Part shown: piece by piece, positions 34,569-43,605 of the stretch
Position numbering within the stretch: position 1 is the stretch's first letter
Layout of the letters: every line of letters starts with the position of its first letter
Assembly (NCBI GenBank): GCA_025451755.1
Contig: JANWJT010000017.1
Location: 82,147-135,892 of the forward strand
Reading direction: 5' to 3'
DNA length: 53,746 nucleotides
From: Candidatus Microgenomates bacterium
Lineage (GTDB): Bacteria; Patescibacteriota; Microgenomatia; Levybacterales; UBA12049
The notes under the pieces: generated by a model
Databases searched by the model: none
Told to the model about the DNA's origin: nothing
Seen by the model: the letters and a program-made list of their open reading frames with translations, nothing else
Position numbers and translations under genes: made by a program

Positions 34569-36680
34569 ATGGCAAGAAAAAAACATTACAGAAGACAAAA
34601 ATTTAAATTAAAACTTAAAAAGAATACAATTTATTCAATTTTTTCTTTTGGGCTTATTATTTCAGGACTTATTCTTCTTCTCTCTTTTTCGAAAAGCCAA
34701 CCTTCTTTTGTATTAATAAATCAGTATCTAGATAAATATTTTGGTTTAATATCGATATTATTTCCCATTACTCTTATTCTCTTAGGTTTTTTATTTTTAA
34801 AACTTAAGTTTTTTCTTTCGCGTCCAAATGTTTCCATAGGTTTTCTTCTGCTTTTTCTTTCCTTGGGCGCCCTCTTAAAAAGTGGTGTAATTGGAGAATA
34901 TCTTTTTAAAGCCTTAGCAGATGTATTAACTGGAGCTGGAGCAAATTTGGTTTATCTAGCCGGTATTTTTATAGGAATAATAGTATTTTTTGATACTTCA
35001 ATTGATGAGCTTATTTCGGCAATAGGTTTTGTAATAGAAGTTATTAAAAGACTTTTTCCTTCAAAGCTTTTCTCATTCTTTAAAAATAAAAAGCCAGAAT
35101 TAAAAGATAAAGAAATGAAAATAAAAGGCGGAGTGAGAGATTTTTCGGGTCTATCCAATAAAGAAATGACAGTATCCTCTCCTGTTATTAAAAAAGAATC
35201 TCCTCTTCTTTCCAATGAATTAGTAAGTAATCCGACGGCAGCAGGTTTAGTTTGGGAATATCCACCTTTTTCACTTCTTTCGGATGCTTCATCGCAAAAA
35301 GCAGATAGGGGAGATATAAAAAAGGTTGCATCGGTTATTGAAAGCACTCTTCAAAGTTTTGGAATAGGTGCTAAGGTTCTTGAGGTTAACTTAGGACCTG
35401 CAGTAACGCAATATGCACTGGAGATTGCACTAGGGACTAAAGTTTCTAAGATAACGTCTTTAGTTAATGATTTAGCCTTGGCAACAGAAGCTCCAACCGG
35501 ACAAATTAGGATAGAAGCTCCGATTCCGGGAAGAAATCTAATAGGAATAGAAATACCAAACAGAAGTCTTGAAGTTGTAACCTTAAAAACAATGCTTGAG
35601 TCAGAAATTATGCGAAAGAATAAGTCAAAGCTCACAGTTTCCCTGGGCCTTGATGTCTCTGGTAATCCGGTTGTTGCCGATATTGCAAGAATGCCTCACG
35701 TACTCGTTGCCGGAACAACAGGATCCGGAAAATCAGTTCTTGTAAATTCTTTTATTTCGTCTCTCCTTTTTAGAGCCGCACCTTCTGAGGTAAGGCTTAT
35801 TCTTATAGATCCAAAAAGAGTAGAGCTTACCGGTTACAACGGAATTCCCCATCTTATGACACCTGTTATTGTAGAAGTTGAAAAGATTTTGGCATCGCTT
35901 AAGTGGGCTATGGATGAAATGGACAGAAGGTATAAAAAATTTGCAGAAAACAGTGTTAGAAATATCGATTCTTTTAACGAACTGGCTGGTTTTCAATCCC
36001 TTCCATATATTGTTATTTTTATCGATGAACTCGCAGATCTTATGGCTTTTGCTCCGGTTGAAGTTGAAGATGCAATTGCCCGACTTGCCCAAATGGCAAG
36101 AGCAACAGGAATTCATTTAGTTGTTTCAACACAAAGACCTTCAGTTGATGTTATAACAGGACTTATTAAGGCAAATATTCCATGCAGAATTGCCTTTAAT
36201 GTTTCTTCTATGGTTGATTCAAGAGTAATTATAGATACTCCGGGAGCTGAGAAGCTTTTAGGACGGGGAGACATGCTCTACACTCCACCCGATCAGGCAA
36301 AACCGACTCGTATTCAGGGAGCATTCGTTTCGGACAAGGAAGTTAAAAAATTAGTTGACTATCTTAAAGAAAAAGGTCCACCAGTTGAATATACAGAAGA
36401 GGTTACGCAAACGCCCCTTGTTACAAAAAAAGGAGGAGCGCAATATGGTTCGGATGCAAGAGATGGACTCTTTGAAGAAGCAATAAGAACCGTTTGTCAG
36501 CACGATAGAGCTTCTGCGTCGCTTCTTCAGAGGCGTCTGTCTATTGGGTACTCAAGAGCAGCCCGAATTCTGGATCAGCTTGAAGAAGCAGGAATAGTAG
36601 GACATGCTGAAGGATCAAAACCAAGAGACGTTTTGGTTAGAAATGCCGATGAGATTATCAATAGTCTCAATGGACAATAA
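34569..36680 (+). CDS. ftsK: DNA translocase FtsK
   Basis: N-terminal TM helices, Walker A GTTGSGKSV, FIDELADL, and a gamma wHTH domain (SLLQRRLSIGYSRAARILDQLEE). Confidence 0.93.
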   Translation: MARKKHYRRQKFKLKLKKNTIYSIFSFGLIISGLILLLSFSKSQPSFVLINQYLDKYFGLISILFPITLILLGFLFLKLKFFLSRPNVSIGFLLLFLSLGALLKSGVIGEYLFKALADVLTGAGANLVYLAGIFIGIIVFFDTSIDELISAIGFVIEVIKRLFPSKLFSFFKNKKPELKDKEMKIKGGVRDFSGLSNKEMTVSSPVIKKESPLLSNELVSNPTAAGLVWEYPPFSLLSDASSQKADRGDIKKVASVIESTLQSFGIGAKVLEVNLGPAVTQYALEIALGTKVSKITSLVNDLALATEAPTGQIRIEAPIPGRNLIGIEIPNRSLEVVTLKTMLESEIMRKNKSKLTVSLGLDVSGNPVVADIARMPHVLVAGTTGSGKSVLVNSFISSLLFRAAPSEVRLILIDPKRVELTGYNGIPHLMTPVIVEVEKILASLKWAMDEMDRRYKKFAENSVRNIDSFNELAGFQSLPYIVIFIDELADLMAFAPVEVEDAIARLAQMARATGIHLVVSTQRPSVDVITGLIKANIPCRIAFNVSSMVDSRVIIDTPGAEKLLGRGDMLYTPPDQAKPTRIQGAFVSDKEVKKLVDYLKEKGPPVEYTEEVTQTPLVTKKGGAQYGSDARDGLFEEAIRTVCQHDRASASLLQRRLSIGYSRAARILDQLEEAGIVGHAEGSKPRDVLVRNADEIINSLNGQ

Positions 36681-36682
36681 CA

Positions 36683-37315
36683 ATGATAAGAGCGGGGCAA
36701 AAACTAAGAGACGAACGAAAAAGTCGTGGGCTTTCCATTTCGGAAGTTTCAAATGCTACAAAAATTAGAACAGAATTTTTAGAAGCAATAGAAAAAGGGG
36801 AATACGAAAAGCTTCCATCGCCTTCTTATGCTCATGGTTTTGTCAGAAATTATAGTAGATTTTTAAAGATTCCGGAAAAAGAAATACTGCCACTTTTTAG
36901 ACGAGAATTTGATGCAGAAAAAGTTTATAAAGTTTTGCCTGAGGGCTTGGTTAGGCAAAAAGAGGTACCGCTTAAAAAATTTAAAATAAAACAGGCAGTA
37001 ACTCTTACTGCTTTCCTTTTTATATTCCTTTTGGGATTTTTAGTTTTTCAATATAGATACGCTTTCGTAAATCCCCCGATTACATTAAACAGTCCATTAG
37101 AAATGGCAGTTTTATCGTCCTCAACAATTTTGGTTTTGGGAAAAACAGATCCTAATTCGACAATTACAGTTAATGATGAACCTGTTTCGGTAAATCAGGA
37201 TGGAGGTTTTAGAAAAGAAATCACAGGATTTTCCGGAAAAACTACAATAACCGTAAAGGCAGTCAATCGCTTTGGCAAACAAACTATTCTCACACGCCAC
37301 GTTGTAATAAAATAA
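36683..37315 (+). CDS. RodZ-like HTH (XRE) membrane protein
   Basis: N-terminal HTH (LRDERKSRGLSISEVSNATKIRTEFLEAIEKGEY..LP...YAHGF.RNY), one TM helix and a C-terminal beta domain. Confidence 0.7.
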   Translation: MIRAGQKLRDERKSRGLSISEVSNATKIRTEFLEAIEKGEYEKLPSPSYAHGFVRNYSRFLKIPEKEILPLFRREFDAEKVYKVLPEGLVRQKEVPLKKFKIKQAVTLTAFLFIFLLGFLVFQYRYAFVNPPITLNSPLEMAVLSSSTILVLGKTDPNSTITVNDEPVSVNQDGGFRKEITGFSGKTTITVKAVNRFGKQTILTRHVVIK

Positions 37316-37344
37316 AATCGTTTGTTATATATAGTTACGGTTGA

Positions 37345-37361
37345 CCCCGATTTGATCGGGG
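37345..37361 (+). terminator. Hairpin CCCCGAT-ttg-ATCGGGG after the RodZ-like gene (possible terminator)
   Basis: 7-bp stem, with no strong T-tract following. It is immediately followed by TTGACA-17-TACTCT-N9-ATG(37400). Confidence 0.3.
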
Positions 37362-37399
37362 TTGACAGTAAATTATTCTAATGCTACTCTTAATAGACT

Positions 37400-37687
37400 A
37401 TGATAGATCCTGCCCAGACAGCATTGTTTTTAGTAATAATAGTTTTAACTATTCTTCTTTTGGTTTTGGGTATTCAGGTATTTTTTATCCTCAAAGAGTT
37501 AAGACAGACTATTAATAAAGCAAATAAGGTTTTGGATGACACAGGTGTTATAACAGAAAGCGTCTCCGGTCCAATTTCAAACCTTTCAAGTTTAGCAACG
37601 GGAATTAAAGCCGGTTCTGCTATTGCACAACTTTTTAAAAAGAAAACCACACCATCTGGTAGGAGAGAATCAAGAGGAGACGAATAA
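37400..37687 (+). CDS. Small membrane-anchored protein (DUF948-like)
   Basis: One TM helix then a helical region (ILKELRQTINKANKVLDDTG). It is paired with a YtxH-like gene, as in Firmicutes. Confidence 0.4.
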   Translation: MIDPAQTALFLVIIVLTILLLVLGIQVFFILKELRQTINKANKVLDDTGVITESVSGPISNLSSLATGIKAGSAIAQLFKKKTTPSGRRESRGDE

Positions 37688-37688
37688 A

Positions 37689-38012
37689 GTGAATAACAAC
37701 AACGGAAGTAAATTTTTTGATGGATTATTATGGGGAGCAATCCTGGGCGGAGGTCTTGTTTTCTTGCTTGGAACAAAAAAAGGGAAGAAAATTTTAAAGA
37801 TGATTACCGAAGAAGGCGTCGAAGGACTTTCGGAAATTTTAGAAGCTCAAATGGGCAGGGAAGATCTGGGAGAAGATGAAGAAGATATCGACGAGGTTAT
37901 AGAAAGACCATCTATGAGTGGAAACGGGGTCTCTAAAGATCCGCAATCAAAAGAGCCTGAAGAAGAAATAAAATCAGTCCGCAAAAGATTCTTCCGAAGA
38001 AAAACTTCCTAA
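37689..38012 (+). CDS. YtxH-like protein
   Basis: The GTG start at 37689 gives VNNNNGSKFFDGLLWGAILGGGLVFLLGTKKGKKIL, a glycine-zipper TM helix, followed by an acidic tail. The track ORF from 37623 overlaps the previous gene. Confidence 0.45.
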   Translation: MNNNNGSKFFDGLLWGAILGGGLVFLLGTKKGKKILKMITEEGVEGLSEILEAQMGREDLGEDEEDIDEVIERPSMSGNGVSKDPQSKEPEEEIKSVRKRFFRRKTS

Positions 38013-38150
38013 AATAGTCCTTCAAATGGGCGCTGAGGTCGCTCACAAAATTTTCATGCTCACAACGCGGGTAACTCTAATTAATAAAAATGACAGATGG
38101 CGCAAATATGATCAATGAAAATTTTGCAATCTTCCTGCGCCGTTTAGAAG

Positions 38151-39107
38151 CTAGAGGCCGTATTTTTGAATATTTGCGTTATGTCCTTCTAAGTCCTCTG
38201 AATATCTATTAACACCATTTCTATCGGTAATGTAATAAAGATAAGAAGTTTTTGCAGGACTGATTGTAGCCCTTAAGCTTTCAAGACCGGGATTACTTAT
38301 GGGAGCAGGAGGAAGTCCAGCTACTCTATAAGTATTATATGGAGATTGAAGGAGCTTATCGATGTTAGTCAGAGATCTTTTCCACCACCTTTTTTCGTTT
38401 GCTTGATACCCTAGGGCATACTGAATTGTTGCATCTATATCAAGCTTCATGCCAAGATTCAATCTGTTTGTTATCACACTTGCTACAAGCGGTCTATCCA
38501 CGTCATGACGCGCTTCTCTTTCAATTAGGGATGCAATAGTAACAATTTCTGATTGAGAAAACTTAGATTTTGATGTGTCTAACGTGGAATATTTTTTGTT
38601 GAAATTATTTCTAAGTATATTTATGATCATATTTACGTCGGCGTCTCTTGGTATAAGGTAAGTGTCTGGAAACAAATACCCCTCATTCTTTTGGAGCTCT
38701 GTTTGCCAGTAATCTTGGTAAGTAGGCATTTTATCTTTTAGTATCTTTGCTATTTCAGAGGCCCTTAGTCCTTCCGGAATTGTTGTCCAAATATCCAATG
38801 TTCCATGCTCCAGATCTTCTATGATTTCATACACGTTCATAGAAGGGTTTAGTCTAAAGTCACCAGCTTGAATTGTTTTATCCACCCCCATTTTTTTGGT
38901 TAGTAAAAAAAATACTATTGGGTCGCGAATTAAACCCTGACCTTTAAGATTGTTAGCGATTTCTCTTACGCCTTCTCCTTTTGAAACTACGAAAATTTGA
39001 GGACTGCTATTTGCGGAATCTTGCGCACGGCTTCCGTTTTTCCACCATATAATAGTCGAACCGGCAAACAAAACGAGTACTGCAAAAAAAATAATAAATC
39101 TCTTCAT
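38151..39107 (-). CDS. mltG: Endolytic murein transglycosylase MltG (YceG-like)
   Basis: N-terminal TM helix plus the YceG domain (EGYLFPDTY, ASLIEREA, NTYRVAGLPPAPISNPG). Confidence 0.88.
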   Translation of the reverse strand: MKRFIIFFAVLVLFAGSTIIWWKNGSRAQDSANSSPQIFVVSKGEGVREIANNLKGQGLIRDPIVFFLLTKKMGVDKTIQAGDFRLNPSMNVYEIIEDLEHGTLDIWTTIPEGLRASEIAKILKDKMPTYQDYWQTELQKNEGYLFPDTYLIPRDADVNMIINILRNNFNKKYSTLDTSKSKFSQSEIVTIASLIEREARHDVDRPLVASVITNRLNLGMKLDIDATIQYALGYQANEKRWWKRSLTNIDKLLQSPYNTYRVAGLPPAPISNPGLESLRATISPAKTSYLYYITDRNGVNRYSEDLEGHNANIQKYGL

Positions 39108-40405
39108 GCTATTGTCATTATTGGAAAACGTTCATGCGAACTTTTTCCGTTTTTAAGATTATACATACTTTCGCTGTATAATGTACAGATTGTATCATTT
39201 TTTCTAACTTTTTCGCCAATTTTTTTATTTAAGTAAATTCCTGATCCCTTTTGTTTTGGAGCGCCCAATAGTCTTCCGATTATGGTAATATTCTTACTGT
39301 TTATTCTTTTTACAGTTCCTCTTTTTACAGATCTTATTCTGATAGAAAGTTTTCCTGGCTTTAAGTCTTCACTATCTATATTTGAATTTCCGCCTTGCTC
39401 TTTTATTATTTCTTGCATTTTTAAAAAGGCATCGCCATCTTCTAGAATTTTTTTTGCCCAATTATAACAAGTTCCATAATTTTCTTTTACAATTTCTTTA
39501 AGCTCTTTATCGGAGTCTCTTAAACAAAGTTTTAGGAGTTCGGTTGCGATATTCAGACTTCTTTGTTCAAGATCTAAAGGCCTATTTGATTTTTGCTGAA
39601 GAACTCTTAGCGCCTCGCGACTCTCCAAAATAGGTCCAATGCCTCTTCCTGCCGGCTCATCTGTCTTATGAATTAAAACTTTTATTCTTATTTTAAACTT
39701 TCGTGCAAGATACTGAAATTTCCCTTTTAAGATTTCTGCATCTTTTGCATTGTGCACTTTTACCGACTTTCCATAGGGCAGATCAATAACAACATGATTT
39801 GATCCGAAAGCGATCTTCTTGGCCATTATAGAAACCAGTATTTTATCGTAGCTTTCAAAGAGAAGAGGTTTTTCTATATTTATAATTATGTCGTCTGCAG
39901 GAGCAATGTTAAAACTTCCTCCCCAGACAATACAGCCATTTATTTTTTTAACGATTTTATAAATCTTATCTTTACTTAGAACTACCGGAGCCAGAACTTC
40001 CATATCGTCAGCCGTTCCGTCAGGTGTAGTTATTGCACGAGATGAACTTTTTGGAATAGTAAAACCGGCAGCTGCTATTATTGGAACAACTATTAGGGTT
40101 GTTCTTGTTCCGGGAACTCCTCCGATTGAATGTTTGTCGGCAACAATTCCTGAGAATTCAAGATGTTCTCCTGTATCTACCATTGCACGAGTTAAATAAT
40201 AGAGCTCCTTATTTGTAAATCCTTTTGAATACCCCGAAGCGGCAAAATAAGTGGTTAATACCTCTCCTAGTCTGTTTCTTGAAATCTCATCCATAATGGA
40301 GTAGATTTCTTTATATGTAAGAGTTTTGCCTACAAGTTTTTTTTGAATTGCCTCAAGTGCTTTTGCAAGCTCTTCTTCTTCGCTTGAAAAAATATGCTTT
40401 TTCAT
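39104..40405 (-). CDS. Thymidine/AMP phosphorylase family protein (archaeal DeoA-like)
   Basis: Glycosyl-transferase family 3 core with DKHSIGGVPGTRTT and SSRAITTPDGTAD. An AGGAGG Shine-Dalgarno sequence lies upstream. Confidence 0.75.
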   Translation of the reverse strand: MKKHIFSSEEEELAKALEAIQKKLVGKTLTYKEIYSIMDEISRNRLGEVLTTYFAASGYSKGFTNKELYYLTRAMVDTGEHLEFSGIVADKHSIGGVPGTRTTLIVVPIIAAAGFTIPKSSSRAITTPDGTADDMEVLAPVVLSKDKIYKIVKKINGCIVWGGSFNIAPADDIIINIEKPLLFESYDKILVSIMAKKIAFGSNHVVIDLPYGKSVKVHNAKDAEILKGKFQYLARKFKIRIKVLIHKTDEPAGRGIGPILESREALRVLQQKSNRPLDLEQRSLNIATELLKLCLRDSDKELKEIVKENYGTCYNWAKKILEDGDAFLKMQEIIKEQGGNSNIDSEDLKPGKLSIRIRSVKRGTVKRINSKNITIIGRLLGAPKQKGSGIYLNKKIGEKVRKNDTICTLYSESMYNLKNGKSSHERFPIMTIA

Positions 40406-40554
40406 ACACCTTTCCCTCCTTTTATTTGATTTATAGCAATAGAAACAATGGCCTTAATAAGAGAAATTATAAAGTACATAAGTGAATTTATTATTCTATA
40501 AACTGTTGGCCAAATTTTAATTGCTATAGTTTTAAATTTATTCTCTTCTTCCAT
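40402..40554 (-). CDS. Possible 50-aa small membrane protein
   Basis: Own translation: MEEENKFKTIAIKIWPTVYRIINSLMYFIISLIKAIVSIAINQIKGGKGV. The ATG is 2 nt after the sortase stop, and its TGA overlaps the next ATG (ATGA). It falls below the track's length cut-off. Confidence 0.35.
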   Translation of the reverse strand: MEEENKFKTIAIKIWPTVYRIINSLMYFIISLIKAIVSIAINQIKGGKGV

Positions 40555-40556
40555 TT

Positions 40557-41288
40557 TTAAATCTTTTCAAGCTTTGATTTTATGATAAGTCTTTTCCAGA
40601 TTGTTCCGGGAGGCGTGCAGGTAACAAGTGTTAAATAGGAATTGTCATAGTTTTGCTCAAAAATAGATGTATCGGCTGGTTCAACCACACTAATATTAAA
40701 AATCTTGTACCTATAAGAAACGCCATCGATATAAGTATATATATCATCATCTATTTTTAATTGATATGCGTTTGCAAAGATGGTTTTGTAATCACTTGGA
40801 TTAAACAACTGAGGAAGTGTTGAATGTCCAAAAATTACTGCAGTTCCCTTATCTGGAGGGAAAGCAGTACCCTGATAATTGACAAGATGAATTGCAAGAT
40901 CGTTATCGATAGTTGAGACTGTTGCATTATTAATTTTAAGTTTTGGAATAGAAATTGTATAAGAAGAAATTTTTCGCTCTTGAACTGCTGTTGGATTAAA
41001 ACCCGGAAACCAATTTTGAGCATTCGTATAATCAACTCCCGAGAGAAGATTTCCTGCCTGGGAAATCAGACTCCCAATTTCAGAAGAATTTACAACTGTT
41101 GCTCTTGGAATAGGAGCTTGTATTTTAGATGATGCCAATGCCGGAGCAAAATAAACTTGCCAGGATACAAGCGGATAAAATATATAAAAAATAATAACGA
41201 GTCCTGTAAAAAGGATTAAAAGACTTAAAAGACGTAAAGTTTTTTTTCTTAAAATTTTGTCCGCCTTTTCGTAGTAGTATTTACCCAT
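40557..41288 (-). CDS. Sortase family transpeptidase
   Basis: N-terminal TM helix, catalytic His context AVIFGHS, TLVTCTP (TLxTC Cys motif) and a downstream Arg. Confidence 0.85.
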   Translation of the reverse strand: MGKYYYEKADKILRKKTLRLLSLLILFTGLVIIFYIFYPLVSWQVYFAPALASSKIQAPIPRATVVNSSEIGSLISQAGNLLSGVDYTNAQNWFPGFNPTAVQERKISSYTISIPKLKINNATVSTIDNDLAIHLVNYQGTAFPPDKGTAVIFGHSTLPQLFNPSDYKTIFANAYQLKIDDDIYTYIDGVSYRYKIFNISVVEPADTSIFEQNYDNSYLTLVTCTPPGTIWKRLIIKSKLEKI

Positions 41289-43605
41289 TTATTTTAGTAA
41301 CAATCTTGATATTCTGGGATGAAAAGGGAAGTCTTTTTGGGAAAAACGGAATAGTAAAAGATAAATCAATATCAGTACTTGATACTTGTGGAAGCTTTCC
41401 TAGAATATCTTGAGCTTCTGCAAAAGACTTTCCTGATATTTGTTTTGTTAGTCCAGACTCATCTATTTTTGGAATAATACGGGCTACAATAGTTACGTTT
41501 GCATTTACCTCTTTGTTTTTATTCTCTTTTACGTTTCTAACTTCAACCTTAATGCTGTTAACATCAACATTTTCTTCATCTGAAATGCTAGTCTTTAAAA
41601 GTTCGTTGGCAAAATTTGTAGCATCAATTTTTTTGTATGCTGCGCCTTCAAAATTAACAGATCCTTTAAGAGTTATTTGTTTTGCCTCGTCATCCACATC
41701 TTTGTCGAAATCTTTTTTACTTACGGTTGTATTTATAAATACTGGGAGCAAGATATTATCATCAGATGCTTTTTTAGATAAATCGTCCTCTGCTTTTTCT
41801 CTTAGATTTTTTGGCAATTCTTCCAAAAGCTTTGCAATATCATCCTCTGAGACAACAGTAATATTTTTTTTGGATCCTCCCGAAAAAGGATTATCATTTT
41901 TCGCAGCAATTGTTGTACTTCCCTCAACGGAGAACTTAGTATTTGATGGCAAATTGTATTCCTGCCCTATTTTATCTGCGATAACGTTCACGTTTGCTTT
42001 TCCAGGGGTAGTGCCGGAAAAAATATCCCCAGATGCTGAAGAGATAGTAATATTTTTTTCCAAAGTAAAATCAAGGCCATTTGAAGATGATATAATTTTT
42101 CCCGATGTTAGTGCTTGCGATGTTGGAGCGTTGTTAAAGATAGTTACCGTTCCTTTTGCCTTATCTCCAACCTCTTTTTTCCCTGTTGCTGGAGTAGAAA
42201 CACTTCCTTCTTCGGAAATCGAAATAAATTCTGCCTGGATAATATTTCTTGAAGGATCTGTCGAATTTTTTGAAAAAATTACATCACTGGTTTTATCTGC
42301 TTTTTTCCCATCAATATTTAATACAACAACAGCTTTGTTTGTAGAGAAATAAAAAACACCAATAATTAAAATAGACAAAATTAAAATTGCAGGAATAATA
42401 ATAAATTTTCTAGCGTAGGGAATTCTTCCTGAAGTTTTAGTTAATGGAATTTTTCTTATAGCAGTTGATAATTTAAAAAATACATTTTTAAAACCTAACA
42501 AAATCGTTCCTGCATTGCTTGGGAGCTCTTCCTGATCTCCCTTTTCCATTTTAAGTTCTTCTGGTATTTCCTCTATTTGTTTTCTTAAAATTTCTTGAGG
42601 GATTTCCTGAAAAGGGTCTCTTTTTAACAGGGGTTCTTTTAATACGTCTTTATTTTCTGCAAAGCCGAAATATTCCATTGCGGATTCGTCCGGAATTTTT
42701 TTAATCTTATCGGTTACAATTTCATTATCTTTAGATTCTGTCTCACTTTCACCAAGATTTGATGGCTCAGTCTCTTCCCCCGATTCTTTAGCTTCACCTC
42801 CATCAATATTTTCAATTTCCCCCTTTTCTAAACCTTCCGATAGCTCATTTTCAAAAACATCAAATCCCATTTGCTGTGCGGCTCCAAAAAGAATTGCTCT
42901 GCCGTCAAATTCAGGCGGAAGGGTTGATACTTGAGGCAAGTGCAAAAAAGGCAAATCCTTGCTCCATCTATGATTTATAAATTCCTGATCTTCATTTTCA
43001 TTTCCATTGAAAATAATAATTCTTGCAGGCAAAATTTCGGAAGAAGAAAAGTGTTTTAAAAGATTGTCGACTGTTTGGGCAGGAGATTCAATAATTTCTG
43101 AAGTTTTAGACTCTACAATTCTTCCTGCTCTAATGTTTGCTACAGATATATATTTTTCTCCTGCCTCGACCAAGACTGCAGTAACAGGGGCACCTTCTTC
43201 TTTTTGAAGTAGATGTGCAATTGCTTCAAAAACAACTAAAAAACCTATCGGAACAAGTCCCAGTTCATCGCTTATCTTCTTAAGCTTTATAAGGTACTCT
43301 TTTTTTATTTTATTGTCTTCTACCCAAGTTCCTTTTACGCCAAAAACAGTTTTTACTGTTTCTATGTTTTCAGGGAGAGATTGCTCGGCAGTTGAAATTG
43401 TTTTATCTAGAATATCCAATAATTCGTTCAAAGAGGCTTGTTCAATTGAATTTTCAAAACTTTCACTATGCTTGCCTAGTACGTTGACTTTTCCCGCTGA
43501 TTCTTCAAAAAAAACCGCATTTGCCTTTTCGTTTCGAAGAACTAAGGCTAGAAAATATTCCTTTTTTTCTTTTTTTTCAAGAAACGGTAAGGAGGGAAGT
43601 TTCAT
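41281..43605 (-). CDS. Large single-pass membrane protein: cytoplasmic N-domain, acidic linker, TM helix, extracellular Ser/Thr/Gly/Lys-rich beta domain
   Basis: 774 aa with one TM helix (FIIIPAILILSILIIGVFYF). I recognise no catalytic motif. It overlaps alaS by 4 nt and sortase by 8 nt. Confidence 0.55.
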   Translation of the reverse strand: MKLPSLPFLEKKEKKEYFLALVLRNEKANAVFFEESAGKVNVLGKHSESFENSIEQASLNELLDILDKTISTAEQSLPENIETVKTVFGVKGTWVEDNKIKKEYLIKLKKISDELGLVPIGFLVVFEAIAHLLQKEEGAPVTAVLVEAGEKYISVANIRAGRIVESKTSEIIESPAQTVDNLLKHFSSSEILPARIIIFNGNENEDQEFINHRWSKDLPFLHLPQVSTLPPEFDGRAILFGAAQQMGFDVFENELSEGLEKGEIENIDGGEAKESGEETEPSNLGESETESKDNEIVTDKIKKIPDESAMEYFGFAENKDVLKEPLLKRDPFQEIPQEILRKQIEEIPEELKMEKGDQEELPSNAGTILLGFKNVFFKLSTAIRKIPLTKTSGRIPYARKFIIIPAILILSILIIGVFYFSTNKAVVVLNIDGKKADKTSDVIFSKNSTDPSRNIIQAEFISISEEGSVSTPATGKKEVGDKAKGTVTIFNNAPTSQALTSGKIISSSNGLDFTLEKNITISSASGDIFSGTTPGKANVNVIADKIGQEYNLPSNTKFSVEGSTTIAAKNDNPFSGGSKKNITVVSEDDIAKLLEELPKNLREKAEDDLSKKASDDNILLPVFINTTVSKKDFDKDVDDEAKQITLKGSVNFEGAAYKKIDATNFANELLKTSISDEENVDVNSIKVEVRNVKENKNKEVNANVTIVARIIPKIDESGLTKQISGKSFAEAQDILGKLPQVSSTDIDLSFTIPFFPKRLPFSSQNIKIVTKING

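Noticed and set aside
37341-37368. Treating the hairpins at 7833-7855, 37345-37361 and 48168-48190 as one repeat family
   Set aside because: 7833-7855 and 37341-37364 share about 20 of 25 positions (…ATCGGG(A/G)TTG…), but the third hairpin shares only its stem-loop geometry. That is too short and too few copies to call a family from this window alone.
41513-42352. 279-aa ORF on the plus strand, antisense to the 774-aa membrane protein gene
   Set aside because: Its Ser/Phe/Leu-rich translation is low complexity. The sense gene in this stretch has few Tyr, His or Gln codons, which are what would create stops in this antisense frame. It has no promoter or Shine-Dalgarno sequence, and the sense ORF is part of a coupled operon. 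It is a compositional artefact.
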